Counted from the stretch's first letter, positions 1 to 8,212 are shown. The stretch is DNA of 16,223 bases from Nitrospirota bacterium (GCA_040754455.1 JBFMCP010000050.1:1-16223); one strand, 5' to 3'. Numbers and translations: made by a program. The notes: generated by a model not told the origin, from the letters alone.

Positions 1-3
1 TTA

Positions 4-20
4 GAACTCATTTCAAAACC
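4..20 (+). repeat. Left terminal inverted repeat of the IS
   Basis: Exact reverse complement of 823-839. Confidence 0.92.
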
Positions 21-56
21 TCTGAAAGGAATAAAGGATCCATGCTAGAGTGAGGA

Positions 57-835
57 ATGGCATGGAAACATTTAACTGAGAAGCAATGGGAAAAGGTAAG
101 GGAGCATTTACCTGAATATAAACGGAGCCCCAAAGGAGGGCGTCCGAGAGCCAACGACCGAAAGTGCTTTGAAGGAATTCTCTGGATTCTATGGACCGGG
201 GCACAGTGGAGCGAACTACCTAAAGAGTATGGAAGTCCAACAACTTGTTGGAGAAGGCTCAGGGAGTGGGAGGATAGTGGAGTTCTATTGAATCTCTGGC
301 GAGCTTTTCTCTGTGATCTTAGTGACCAGCAAAAGCTGAAGTGGGACGAGTGCTTTGCCGATGGTAGTTTCGTCTCTGCCAAAAAAGGGGAAGGTATGTC
401 GGAAAGACGAAGCGCGGCAAGGGAACGAAGTGGATGGTACTGGTCGATGGCACGGGTACTCCGGTGGGAGCACTCTTGGAGGCGGCTTCCCCGGCGGAAG
501 TAAAGCTCCTTGAGAGGACGTTGGATACGGTGACGGTCGGCCATCCTCAGAGACTGATAGCTGACCGGGGCTATGATAGTAATCCCCTTAGGAGGCGACT
601 GAAAGAGCGGGGGATTGAGCCGATCATTCCGGCCCGTCGTAACAACAGAAAAGCAACGGACCAGGATGGCAGGAAGCTCCGTAGATACAAAAGGAGATGG
701 ATCGTGGAGCGCACGATAGCGTGGTTGGGCCACTTTCGGAGACTCACCATGAGACATGAGCGATTGATCACTACCTATGCCGGTCTGTTTCATATCGCTT
801 GTGCTATGCTCACTTTGAAAAAGGTTTTGAAATGA
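57..835 (+). CDS. IS5-family DDE transposase, split into orfA (57-503) and orfB (to 835), joined by a -1 frameshift near 381-390 (about 259 aa fused)
   Basis: orfA has 'LTEKQWEKV..LP...GGRPR..DR..FEGILWIL.TGAQW.ELP..YG...TCWRR...W...G'. The -1 frame after AAAAAAGGGG reads 'VGKTKRGKGTKWMVLVDG', then 'LIADRGYDS' and 'YKRRWIVERTIAWL..FRRL..R.ER'. These are typical IS5 motifs. Confidence 0.92.
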
Positions 836-839
836 GTTC
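823..839 (-). repeat. Right terminal inverted repeat of the IS (contains the transposase stop codon)
   Basis: Exact reverse complement of 4-20; TGA at 833-835. Confidence 0.92.
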
Positions 840-2634
840 TAGATGGCTCTCATTTGCTCGGGCGGCCAAAGCATCACTACCGCATATGAGCGAAGCGGAA
901 AAGGCAGCTGTCGAGGATTGTATCCTGAATTATTGGGACGAATTGAATCGAGCAAAAGAGATTGCCCATGATTTGGCGAATGGACACCCAGAGGATAACT
1001 TTTACAATCGTCAAACAGTGATCTATTATCTCAATCACAATGGCTATAAACAGTGGAGCATCCTAAAAACAATTGGACCTGATTATCTCTCGGTAAATGC
1101 CACACTAAGATTGGCACTGCTTGAGAGGAAGTTCCAAGGGAAGCGTATTGCCGAGCCCAATACTATCAAAGGAGGCTTAGTCCCGCCACCGATAAGGAGA
1201 GATTGTGCTAAGTTTATGACGGATTCCCAGTGGCTACAGGCAATTCGAGCATATCATAATGGTCGAGAAATCCTTCGAAAAAGCGATCACTGGGTTTTTC
1301 ACTCGGGTGCTAGTGGACTCGCCCAAGTGCTGCAGGAGAGGACGAAGGAGGAACCGGACCGTTTTACTCAGCTTCTCCTGCACCTCCCGGCAGGTACTGC
1401 ACACTACTATCCAGAGGGAATCCTCGTGGGCCTAGCGGACAGTGAAGCCTCAAGTGAAACACTGCTCCGCGCAATACAACATGCCCACTCACAGCCAGAT
1501 AGACCGTTCGGAAGCGGAATCAGCCGCATCTTTCAAGGGCATCCCCTTCTTGCCAACAATGACCAAGCTTTTGAAATCTTACTATGGTACGTTGAGAATG
1601 GAAATGCTTCAACTGAAGGAGAATCCGAAGCAAAACGGGTCGAACAGGAGACCGTGAATGTCGACCAGCTAACGGAAAGAGGCAATGCGCTTCAAATCCG
1701 TGGATACTACGGTGATCGTGGTACTGCAGCTGAAGCGCTCGGAGCAGTGCTTTGGGAATGTCCTTCGAAGATCGAGGAAGGGATAAGTTGTCTTGCTCGT
1801 TGCGTTGCTAACGAGCCGCTATTGAGCATTCGTTGCTCTCTCGTGAGGCCGATCTATTCTGTGCTACGGCATGATAATCAGTGGGCGGCTGATTTGCTGA
1901 GGAGCCTTGTCATACGGGCGGATGGACCAGAGATCACTCCGCTTACAACCTCCGATGGCGTCCATGCGCTCTTCTACATTCTGCATGGTAGCCCAAGTGT
2001 CGGACGGGAACTGCTCGATCTTTTGTTGCAATCCAGTGATGAAAGCCAACAGTTGATCGGAATATACCATTTGTTCCGTGAGGCTTTTTATGATTCAGAC
2101 CTTGCTGAGCGTGCTGATACTCTTATTTCGAAGGATGATGCCCATAGAAAGCTCGCGGCTGATACTGCTGCCAACCACCTGCCATACGCGGAATATCGAT
2201 ATCGAGCGGAGGCCCAATTGGAGACTTTTTTCAATGATCCGGTAAAAGAAATCCGAGCGGAAGCTGCCGAATGCTTTCGGAATCTTAAAACAGATGAAGT
2301 CAATTCCTATCGCCAACTAATGCGAACGTTCATTCAATCAAAAGCTTTTGAGGAAGAAAACTTTTCATTCTTTTTTCTCCTGAAAGGATCGCATGATCAT
2401 GTCTTTGAGGAGGTCGTACTTTCGTCCGAACGCCTGATAGAATTGATAGAAGGTGATAATAAGAGTGGTCCTTTTCGAGAGATGCATTACCTCGAAGATC
2501 TCATTCGAAGGGAATACGCTGCAGTTGCAGACCATCCGGAACTTCGGCGTCGACTCTTAAATGTGATCGACAGAATGTTGTTATTGGGACTGTACGGGAC
2601 AGACCAGATCATCCGAGAACATGAGCGAGGATGA
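840..2634 (+). pseudogene. C-terminal part (about 600 aa) of a large alpha-helical/HEAT-like repeat protein interrupted by the IS; possibly a STAND/NACHT (Avs-like) NTPase sensor region
   Basis: The frame is open from the IS end to TGA 2632-2634, and its first possible starts lie inside the IS. Removing the IS gives ..tt aga tgg.. with no stop. HEAT-like segments include 'LETFFNDPVKEIRAEAAECF'. No P-loop is visible in this part. The family call is recalled resemblance only. Confidence 0.6.
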
Positions 2635-2704
2635 GTTCTGAAATGCTTCTGAGATGCTCAAGCTTCAAAGTGTTATCGAGCAGCTTTGTCGGGTAGGAAT
2701 TTGA

Positions 2705-3007
2705 TTATGCTCTGAGCTCAATAATCCTGATGACCCTTGCATAATCATTTCCCTCAGAGTCTTCGACAGGAGCAAAGAGGACCTTATCCCCAGATCTGAG
2801 TTCAATTCTGGTTCTAAGTAACTCACGGTCATCAATGCTATAGATTGAATTATCAGAGAGGGATTTGATCTTGCCGGTGTTTGTCTCAGGATCGAATTCC
2901 AGGATGATCCCTTCCTCTTTTACATAGAGATCATCCCAGTGTTCTTCCCGTTCCTCTCTGGGGAGGGAGGCTATCGGGAGCTCTTTTTTAACTTTTTTCT
3001 TTCTCAT
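2705..3007 (-). CDS. Small cold-shock-domain-like (OB-fold) protein, about 100 aa
   Basis: 'EGIILEFDPETNTGKIKS....IYSID..EL......LRSGDKVLF.......GNDYARVIRII' follows the CSD pattern G-x-V-x-x-F-x4-G-x-I...L..G..V.F. ATG at 3007 is the likely start, but no clear SD, so the start is uncertain. Confidence 0.55.
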   Translation of the reverse strand: MRKKKVKKELPIASLPREEREEHWDDLYVKEEGIILEFDPETNTGKIKSLSDNSIYSIDDRELLRTRIELRSGDKVLFAPVEDSEGNDYARVIRIIELRA

Positions 3008-3037
3008 TTTTGATGACGAAAACAGGGTTTGAACTCC

Positions 3038-3070
3038 ACCGTCTTGCAACCGTCTTGTTACCGTCTTGTT
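3038..3070 (+). repeat. Three tandem 11-bp direct repeats ACCGTCTTG(CA/TT); candidate integrase arm-type sites
   Basis: accgtcttgca (3038-3048), accgtcttgtt (3049-3059), accgtcttgtt (3060-3070). Confidence 0.85.
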
Positions 3071-3077
3071 GAGACTA

Positions 3078-3114
3078 TTGAGGCCATCACAACGCGGTGT
3101 CGTGATGGCCTCAA
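3078..3114. repeat. 13-bp perfect inverted repeat downstream of the tRNA (possible terminator or att-associated structure)
   Basis: TTGAGGCCATCAC (3078-3090) / GTGATGGCCTCAA (3102-3114), 11-nt loop; no clear U-tract on either strand. Confidence 0.75.
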
Positions 3115-3141
3115 AGTATCTAAATCTTAAGTATTTTTTAT

Positions 3142-3218
<77 letters not shown>

Positions 3219-3225
3219 AACGTTT

Positions 3226-3255
3226 AAAATAACACATTTTTCTTCCGTTTGTCAA
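3226..3255 (-). promoter_or_regulatory. Sigma70-type promoter of the tRNA-fMet gene
   Basis: Minus strand: TTGACA (3255-3250), 18 nt, TATTTT (3231-3226) preceded by TGn, 7 nt before the tRNA 5' end. Confidence 0.65.
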
Positions 3256-3404
3256 ATTAACGTATTAAAAAAATCGAGTAAATAGCTCGTGAAGGTGGAT
3301 GTTTCAGAGAGAGAAACTGCGTAACATATTTTCCACTGCACAGAGAAGAAATGCCAGGTCTGCGGCCTATTACATCAGGATAACCGAGTCTTTTAATATG
3401 AATC

Positions 3405-3413
3405 TGATATAAT
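3405..3413 (+). promoter_or_regulatory. Extended -10 promoter element for the ABC export operon
   Basis: TGaTATAAT, a perfect extended -10, about 45 nt upstream of ATG 3457. Confidence 0.5.
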
Positions 3414-3456
3414 TGATTAATCGGGTAAAAATTTCTATGTGCAGCGGAGTTCCCGA

Positions 3457-4674
3457 ATGGCGAATGAAGATATCTCAAAACTGAAAATAGATAAGGCGGC
3501 AGCAACATTCAAGCCTGCGCGGCGGAAGAGGCCATCCTACCTGATTGCAGCGGCTATCGGCAGTATTGTTCTTATCGCCCTGTTCCTGAGCGGCGTGTTC
3601 ACGCCTGCTACTGAAGTGAAGGTCGCTACGGTTTCGCAGACCTATCCTTACCAGGCGTTTACGGTTTTGAATGCGAGCGGTTACGTCGTTGCCCAGCGCA
3701 GAGCGGCGGTGGCTTCGAAGGTCACCGGGAGACTGGTGTGGCTCGGCGTAGAGGAAGGCAGCCGCGTGAGGAAAGGCGAGATCATCGCCCGCCTCGAAAA
3801 CGAGGATGTCAGCGCGACCCGCAGTCAGGCGGCGGCCAATCTGAATGTGGCCCGTTCCAATCTCGATCAGGCGAAGGCCGAGCTTCGTGATGCCGCGGTT
3901 GCCTATAACAGGGAAAAGGAATTGCTTGAACGCGAGTTCACAACAAAGGCATCGTATGATGCTGCGCTGGCGCGCTATCAGAGGGCACAGGCGGCAGTAG
4001 AAGGTGCGGAGGCAACGATCAGGGCCAATACCGCAGCGCTTAGAGGCGCGGACGTGGCAGTGGAATATACCTTTATCCGTGCTCCCTTCGATGCAGTGGT
4101 GCTCACGAAGAACGCCGACGTCGGCGACATCGTGACTCCTATCGGCGCAGCGGCGGAGGCCAAAGCCGCGGTGGTGACCATTGCCGATATGGATTCGCTC
4201 CAAGTGGAGGCGGATGTTTCGGAATCCAATATCCAGAAGGTCCGGGTGGGCCAGCCCTGCGAAATACAACTGGATGCCCTTCCCGATGTGCGCTTCAGCG
4301 GAGAGGTCCACATGATCGTCCCTACCGCAGACCGTACCAAGGCAACGGTACTGGCAAAGATCCGCTTTATTGATAAGGACAAGCGCATTCTTCCCGAGAT
4401 GAGCGCCAAGGTAGCCTTTCTCTCAAGGCCGGTAGCACCTGAAGAGGAGAGGCCGCGCACCACGGTGAATCCTGCTGCAGTGGTGTCGCGCAATGGAAAA
4501 AAGGCGGTTTTTGTGGTAAAAGATGACCGGGTTATTCTGACGACCATCACCACTGGTGCACAACTCGGCGATGTGGTCGAGGTGCAGAGCGGCGTGAAAG
4601 CGGGGGACCGCGTTGTCCTGAACCCTCCCGAACGGCTGAAGAGCGGGGCGAAGATCAAGGTCGCGGAGAAATAA
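3457..4674 (+). CDS. Efflux periplasmic adaptor / membrane fusion protein (MacA/HlyD family)
   Basis: N-terminal TM helix, 'VASKVTGRLVWLGVEEGSRVRKGEIIARL' lipoyl half, coiled-coil hairpin, 'IRAPFDAVV', 'VEADVSESNIQKVRVGQ'. GGAG RBS before ATG 3457. Confidence 0.93.
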   Translation: MANEDISKLKIDKAAATFKPARRKRPSYLIAAAIGSIVLIALFLSGVFTPATEVKVATVSQTYPYQAFTVLNASGYVVAQRRAAVASKVTGRLVWLGVEEGSRVRKGEIIARLENEDVSATRSQAAANLNVARSNLDQAKAELRDAAVAYNREKELLEREFTTKASYDAALARYQRAQAAVEGAEATIRANTAALRGADVAVEYTFIRAPFDAVVLTKNADVGDIVTPIGAAAEAKAAVVTIADMDSLQVEADVSESNIQKVRVGQPCEIQLDALPDVRFSGEVHMIVPTADRTKATVLAKIRFIDKDKRILPEMSAKVAFLSRPVAPEEERPRTTVNPAAVVSRNGKKAVFVVKDDRVILTTITTGAQLGDVVEVQSGVKAGDRVVLNPPERLKSGAKIKVAEK

Positions 4675-4678
4675 AGAC

Positions 4679-4747
4679 AAATCCTAAATTCCAAACTCTA
4701 AATCCTAAACAATGAATTTTTTCCGTCCGTTTAGAATTTAGAGCTTT
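4679..4747. repeat. Intergenic 7-bp tandem repeats with an inverted copy forming a hairpin
   Basis: aaatcct aaattcc aaactct aaatcct aaac (4679-4710). 4696-4710 pairs with gtttagaatttagag (4729-4743) with one mismatch. Confidence 0.75.
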
Positions 4748-4768
4748 ATCACCAGCGGTGGTATCACT

Positions 4769-5473
4769 ATGGAAAATAACAGACCGTCGATTGTCCGGAT
4801 AAAGAATATCTACAAGTCCTATCGGCGCGGCACCCAGGTTATTCCGGTGCTCCATGATATCACCTTCGATATTGCGGAAGGGGAGTTTCTGGCGCTCATG
4901 GGGCCCTCGGGGTCGGGCAAAAGCACGTTGCTGAATCTTATCGCCGGCATCGACAAGCCGGACAGCGGCACGATCACTATCGGCGGTATCGATATCACGA
5001 CGTTGTCCGAAACCGAGCTCGCCCGGTGGCGCGCCACGAATGTAGGGTTCATCTTTCAGTTCTACAATCTCATACCGGTGCTGACGGCGTTTGAAAATGT
5101 CGAGCTGCCGCTGCTCCTCACGGGACTTTCAAAAGGCGAACGGCATGTCCATGTGGAAATGGCGCTGCGAATTGTGGGACTGGCCGACCGCATGGACCAC
5201 TACCCGGGCCAGCTCTCCGGAGGCCAGCAACAGCGCGTGGCCATTGCGCGAGCGATCGTCACCGACCCGACTATTCTGGTCGCCGATGAACCGACGGGCG
5301 ATCTGGACAAGGTCTCTGCAGGAGAGGTGCTGGGGCTGATGGACCGCCTCAATGCCGAATCGGGCAAGACGATCATCATGGTGACCCATGACCCCCGTGC
5401 AGCGGAGAAGGCACACACCATTAAACACCTCGAAAAAGGTGAGCTGAATGTTTACCCTCAAGCTGCTCGTTAA
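4769..5473 (+). CDS. ABC transporter ATP-binding protein (MacB/LolD-type)
   Basis: Walker A GPSGSGKS, 'GFIFQFYNLIP', signature LSGGQQQR, Walker B ILVADEPTGDLD, H-loop MVTHD. Confidence 0.95.
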   Translation: MENNRPSIVRIKNIYKSYRRGTQVIPVLHDITFDIAEGEFLALMGPSGSGKSTLLNLIAGIDKPDSGTITIGGIDITTLSETELARWRATNVGFIFQFYNLIPVLTAFENVELPLLLTGLSKGERHVHVEMALRIVGLADRMDHYPGQLSGGQQQRVAIARAIVTDPTILVADEPTGDLDKVSAGEVLGLMDRLNAESGKTIIMVTHDPRAAEKAHTIKHLEKGELNVYPQAAR

Positions 5474-6605
5474 GAACGCCTTTCGCCACAAGCTGCGCAC
5501 CTGGCTCACCATTCTCGGTATGACCATCGCGATCCTCGCTTTCGGTCTGCTTCGTACCGTGGTCAGCGCGTGGTACGCAGGCGTCGAAGCGTCTTCTGCC
5601 AACCGTCTCGTAACCAGGAACGCCATATCGCTTGTCTTCAGCCTTCCCATTTCTTACAAGGAAAAGATACGACAGGTGGAAGGCGTGGCCCGGGTCTCAG
5701 CAGGAAACTGGTTCGGCGGCATCTATATCGATGAGAAAAACTTCTTCGCCAACTTTGCCGTGGAACCGAGAAGTTATTTCGATATTTATCCCGAGATCCT
5801 GCTCACCCCTGACCAGAAGGAGGCCTTTCTGCGCGACCGGAAGGGCGCGATCGCCGGGCGCAAGCTCATCGACCGGTTCGGCTGGAAGATCGGCGACACC
5901 ATTACGCTCAAGGGCACCATTTTCCCGGGCAACTGGGATTTCGTGCTGCGCGGTATTTACCGGGGAAGGGACAAGAGTGTTGATGAATCCATGTTCCTCT
6001 TCCATTGGGAATATCTCAACGAGACTATGAAAAAGACCGTGCCGCGCCGCGCCGACCAGGCTGGCTTCTTCATGATCGGGATAGACAACGCCGACCGCGC
6101 CGCCGAGATATCCCTGGCGATCGATGCGCTTTTCAAGAACTCTCTCGCCGAGACCCTGACAGAGACCGAAAAGGCTTTTCAGCTGAGCTTTATCTCGATG
6201 AGCGAGGCCATCGTCGTTGCCATACAACTCGTCTCTTTCGTCGTCATCATTATCATCATGGCGGTCGTGGCGAACACGATGGCCATGACAGCGCGGGAGC
6301 GGATCGGCGAATATGCCATACTCAAGGCACTGGGGTTCAGCGGCCGGCATATTGCGGGATTGATCTTCGGCGAGTCGCTGATCATCTCGATGATCGGCTG
6401 CGCCCTGGGGGTTGCCGCCACGTTTCCGGTGGCAAAGGCGTTCAGCACCGCCCTGAGCCAGTATTTCCCGATCTTCAATGTGGCGACGGCAACCATCTAC
6501 ATGGACATTGCCGCAGCGTTCGTCGTGGGTCTTGTGGCGGCAATCGTCCCTACCTATCGCGCCGTCAACATCCGTATCGCCGACGGACTGCGGAGGATCG
6601 GATAA
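5448..6605 (+). CDS. ABC transporter permease (MacB-like periplasmic core + FtsX domain)
   Basis: 'KNAFRHKLRTWLTILGMTIA' first TM, large periplasmic region, 'NTMAMTARERIGEYAILKALGF' and three C-terminal TMs. Overlaps the ATPase gene. Confidence 0.92.
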   Translation: MFTLKLLVKNAFRHKLRTWLTILGMTIAILAFGLLRTVVSAWYAGVEASSANRLVTRNAISLVFSLPISYKEKIRQVEGVARVSAGNWFGGIYIDEKNFFANFAVEPRSYFDIYPEILLTPDQKEAFLRDRKGAIAGRKLIDRFGWKIGDTITLKGTIFPGNWDFVLRGIYRGRDKSVDESMFLFHWEYLNETMKKTVPRRADQAGFFMIGIDNADRAAEISLAIDALFKNSLAETLTETEKAFQLSFISMSEAIVVAIQLVSFVVIIIIMAVVANTMAMTARERIGEYAILKALGFSGRHIAGLIFGESLIISMIGCALGVAATFPVAKAFSTALSQYFPIFNVATATIYMDIAAAFVVGLVAAIVPTYRAVNIRIADGLRRIG

Positions 6606-7771
6606 TGGGAGTGCCTTTCTACTATAGTTTCCGTAATCTCTGGACGCGCAGGCTCACCACCATCCTTACCGCCCTTGGCATGGCGCTGGTGGTGTTTGTC
6701 TTCGCCTCCATCCTTATGCTCGCCGAAGGGCTCCGGAAGACGCTCGTCGAGACAGGATCATACGACAATGTGATGGTGATCCGGAAGGCGGCGGAATCCG
6801 AGGTGCAGAGCGGTATCGAACGCGACCAGGCTGCGATCGTCGAGACGCAGCCCGAAATCGCCATCGGCCCTGACGGCCAACGGCTCGTTGCAAAGGAATT
6901 GGTGGTGCTCATCAGCCTTCCGAAGAGGGGGACCGACAAGCCCTCCAATGTGGTGATCAGGGGCATCTCCGGACAATCGTTGAATATGCGGCCCCAGGTG
7001 AAGATCATCGAGGGACGCATGCCCAAGCCGGGCTCGTCCGAAATCATGGCCGGCCGGAGCATCGCGAAACGGTTCAAGGGAGGCGGCGTCGGCGAGACCC
7101 TGCGCTTTGGTATGCGCGACTGGACCGTTGTCGGGATTTTTGATGCAGGCGCGACCGGCTTCAGCTCGGAAATCTGGGGTGATGCGGACCAGCTCATGCA
7201 GGCCTTCCGCAGGCCTGTCTACTCTTCGGTGATCTTCACGCTTCGGAATCCCGATGCCTTCGAGACTGTGAAGATGCGCATCGAGAGCGACCCGCGGCTT
7301 ACTGTCGAGGCGAAGAGGGAGACTGAATACTATAAGGACCAATCCGAAATGATGGCCAAGTTTCTCAGCATCCTGGGAATGTCCTTAACCGTGATTTTCT
7401 CTCTCGGTGCGGTCATCGGGGCGATGATCACCATGTATGCAGCCGTTGCCAACCGCACCGGCGAGATCGGTACGTTGCGCGCCCTCGGCTTTCAGCGGAG
7501 GAGCATCCTCGCCGCGTTTGTTGCAGAGTCGCTTTTTCTTGGACTCATCGGCGGCTGCGTGGGCCTCTTCTTCGCGTCATTCATGCAACTGATCACTATC
7601 TCGACCATGAACTTCCAGACCTTCTCGGAGCTCGCCTTCTCGTTCACGCTGACGTTCGACATCATGTATCGGTCGCTGCTCTTCGCTCTCATCATGGGCT
7701 TTATCGGCGGCGTGCTCCCGGCGATCAAGGCCTCGCGGATGAACATCGTCGATGCCCTGCGGGCGAGCTGA
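6605..7771 (+). CDS. Second ABC transporter permease (MacB/FtsX family)
   Basis: Start at the TAATG overlap (6605, MGVPFYYSFRNLWTRRLTT); 'ITMYAAVANRTGEIGTLRALGF'; ends 'IVDALRAS'. Confidence 0.92.
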   Translation: MGVPFYYSFRNLWTRRLTTILTALGMALVVFVFASILMLAEGLRKTLVETGSYDNVMVIRKAAESEVQSGIERDQAAIVETQPEIAIGPDGQRLVAKELVVLISLPKRGTDKPSNVVIRGISGQSLNMRPQVKIIEGRMPKPGSSEIMAGRSIAKRFKGGGVGETLRFGMRDWTVVGIFDAGATGFSSEIWGDADQLMQAFRRPVYSSVIFTLRNPDAFETVKMRIESDPRLTVEAKRETEYYKDQSEMMAKFLSILGMSLTVIFSLGAVIGAMITMYAAVANRTGEIGTLRALGFQRRSILAAFVAESLFLGLIGGCVGLFFASFMQLITISTMNFQTFSELAFSFTLTFDIMYRSLLFALIMGFIGGVLPAIKASRMNIVDALRAS

Positions 7772-7835
7772 GCAGTGGTATTTACGGTGACCACTTGTAG
7801 TAAGATACAGGTAATCATTCCGGAAGGAGAAATGA

Positions 7836-8177
7836 ATGGATCAGAAAAAATTGATGACGCGGGTGAAGTACAAAACGGATAATGAGCGGCTCAATATCAA
7901 CTCTCTGGTGTATTCCATTGCCGATACGGCGATCTTCACGGTGAATAATCTCGTCAATCAGAAGGGGGCCCTCATGATGGCATGGCTCGAGGGAGATACG
8001 CTCCATACGAAGACATTGTACGAGCCTGCAACGCAGGCTACGATCAGTAAGGTGCTGACCATGGAAGACAAGGATGCAAAGCTGATCATGCTCTCGGACG
8101 GCATGATCGTCATTCTCTCGATAAAAGATCCGAAGGGATGCACGCCCCAGATTGTAAAGCAGCAGACAAAGGCATGA
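7836..8177 (+). CDS. Hypothetical protein, 113 aa
   Basis: AAGGAG RBS 6 nt upstream of the ATG, host-like codon usage, fills the intergenic gap; no recognisable motif. Confidence 0.75.
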   Translation: MDQKKLMTRVKYKTDNERLNINSLVYSIADTAIFTVNNLVNQKGALMMAWLEGDTLHTKTLYEPATQATISKVLTMEDKDAKLIMLSDGMIVILSIKDPKGCTPQIVKQQTKA

Positions 8178-8212
8178 ACGGGGCAACCTGAGGCACGTAC
8201 TCCTCTCTTTTC

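Larger units (their letters stand above)
4..839 (+). mobile_element. Complete IS5-family insertion sequence (IS427-like two-ORF organisation), 836 bp
   Basis: Perfect 17-bp terminal inverted repeats GAACTCATTTCAAAACC (4-20) and GGTTTTGAAATGAGTTC (823-839), flanked by TA on both sides (2-3 and 840-841) as the likely target duplication. Encloses two overlapping transposase ORFs. Confidence 0.93.

Noticed and set aside
8..793. 261-aa ORF antisense to the transposase
   Set aside because: Shadow ORF on the opposite strand of the IS with no recognisable motif.
799..831. ORF-track start (TTG 799) for the 611-aa ORF
   Set aside because: Lies inside the transposase gene and TIR; not a native start.
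3022..3043. tRNA T-arm-like fragment (GGAGTTCAAACCC on the minus strand)
   Set aside because: Too short, the stem is imperfect, and it does not match the tRNA-fMet 3' end.
3038..3070. Tandem repeats as a CRISPR array
   Set aside because: 11-bp units with no spacers and no cas genes.
4747..4763. TATCACCAGCGGTGGTA resembles a lambda CI/Cro operator
   Set aside because: Single copy, no phage context, and it overlaps the RBS region of the ATPase; most likely coincidence or a small RNA hairpin.
6005..6604. 200-aa N-terminal extension of the second permease in the ORF track
   Set aside because: Arg-rich alternate-frame read of the first permease; the real start is the TAATG overlap at 6605.
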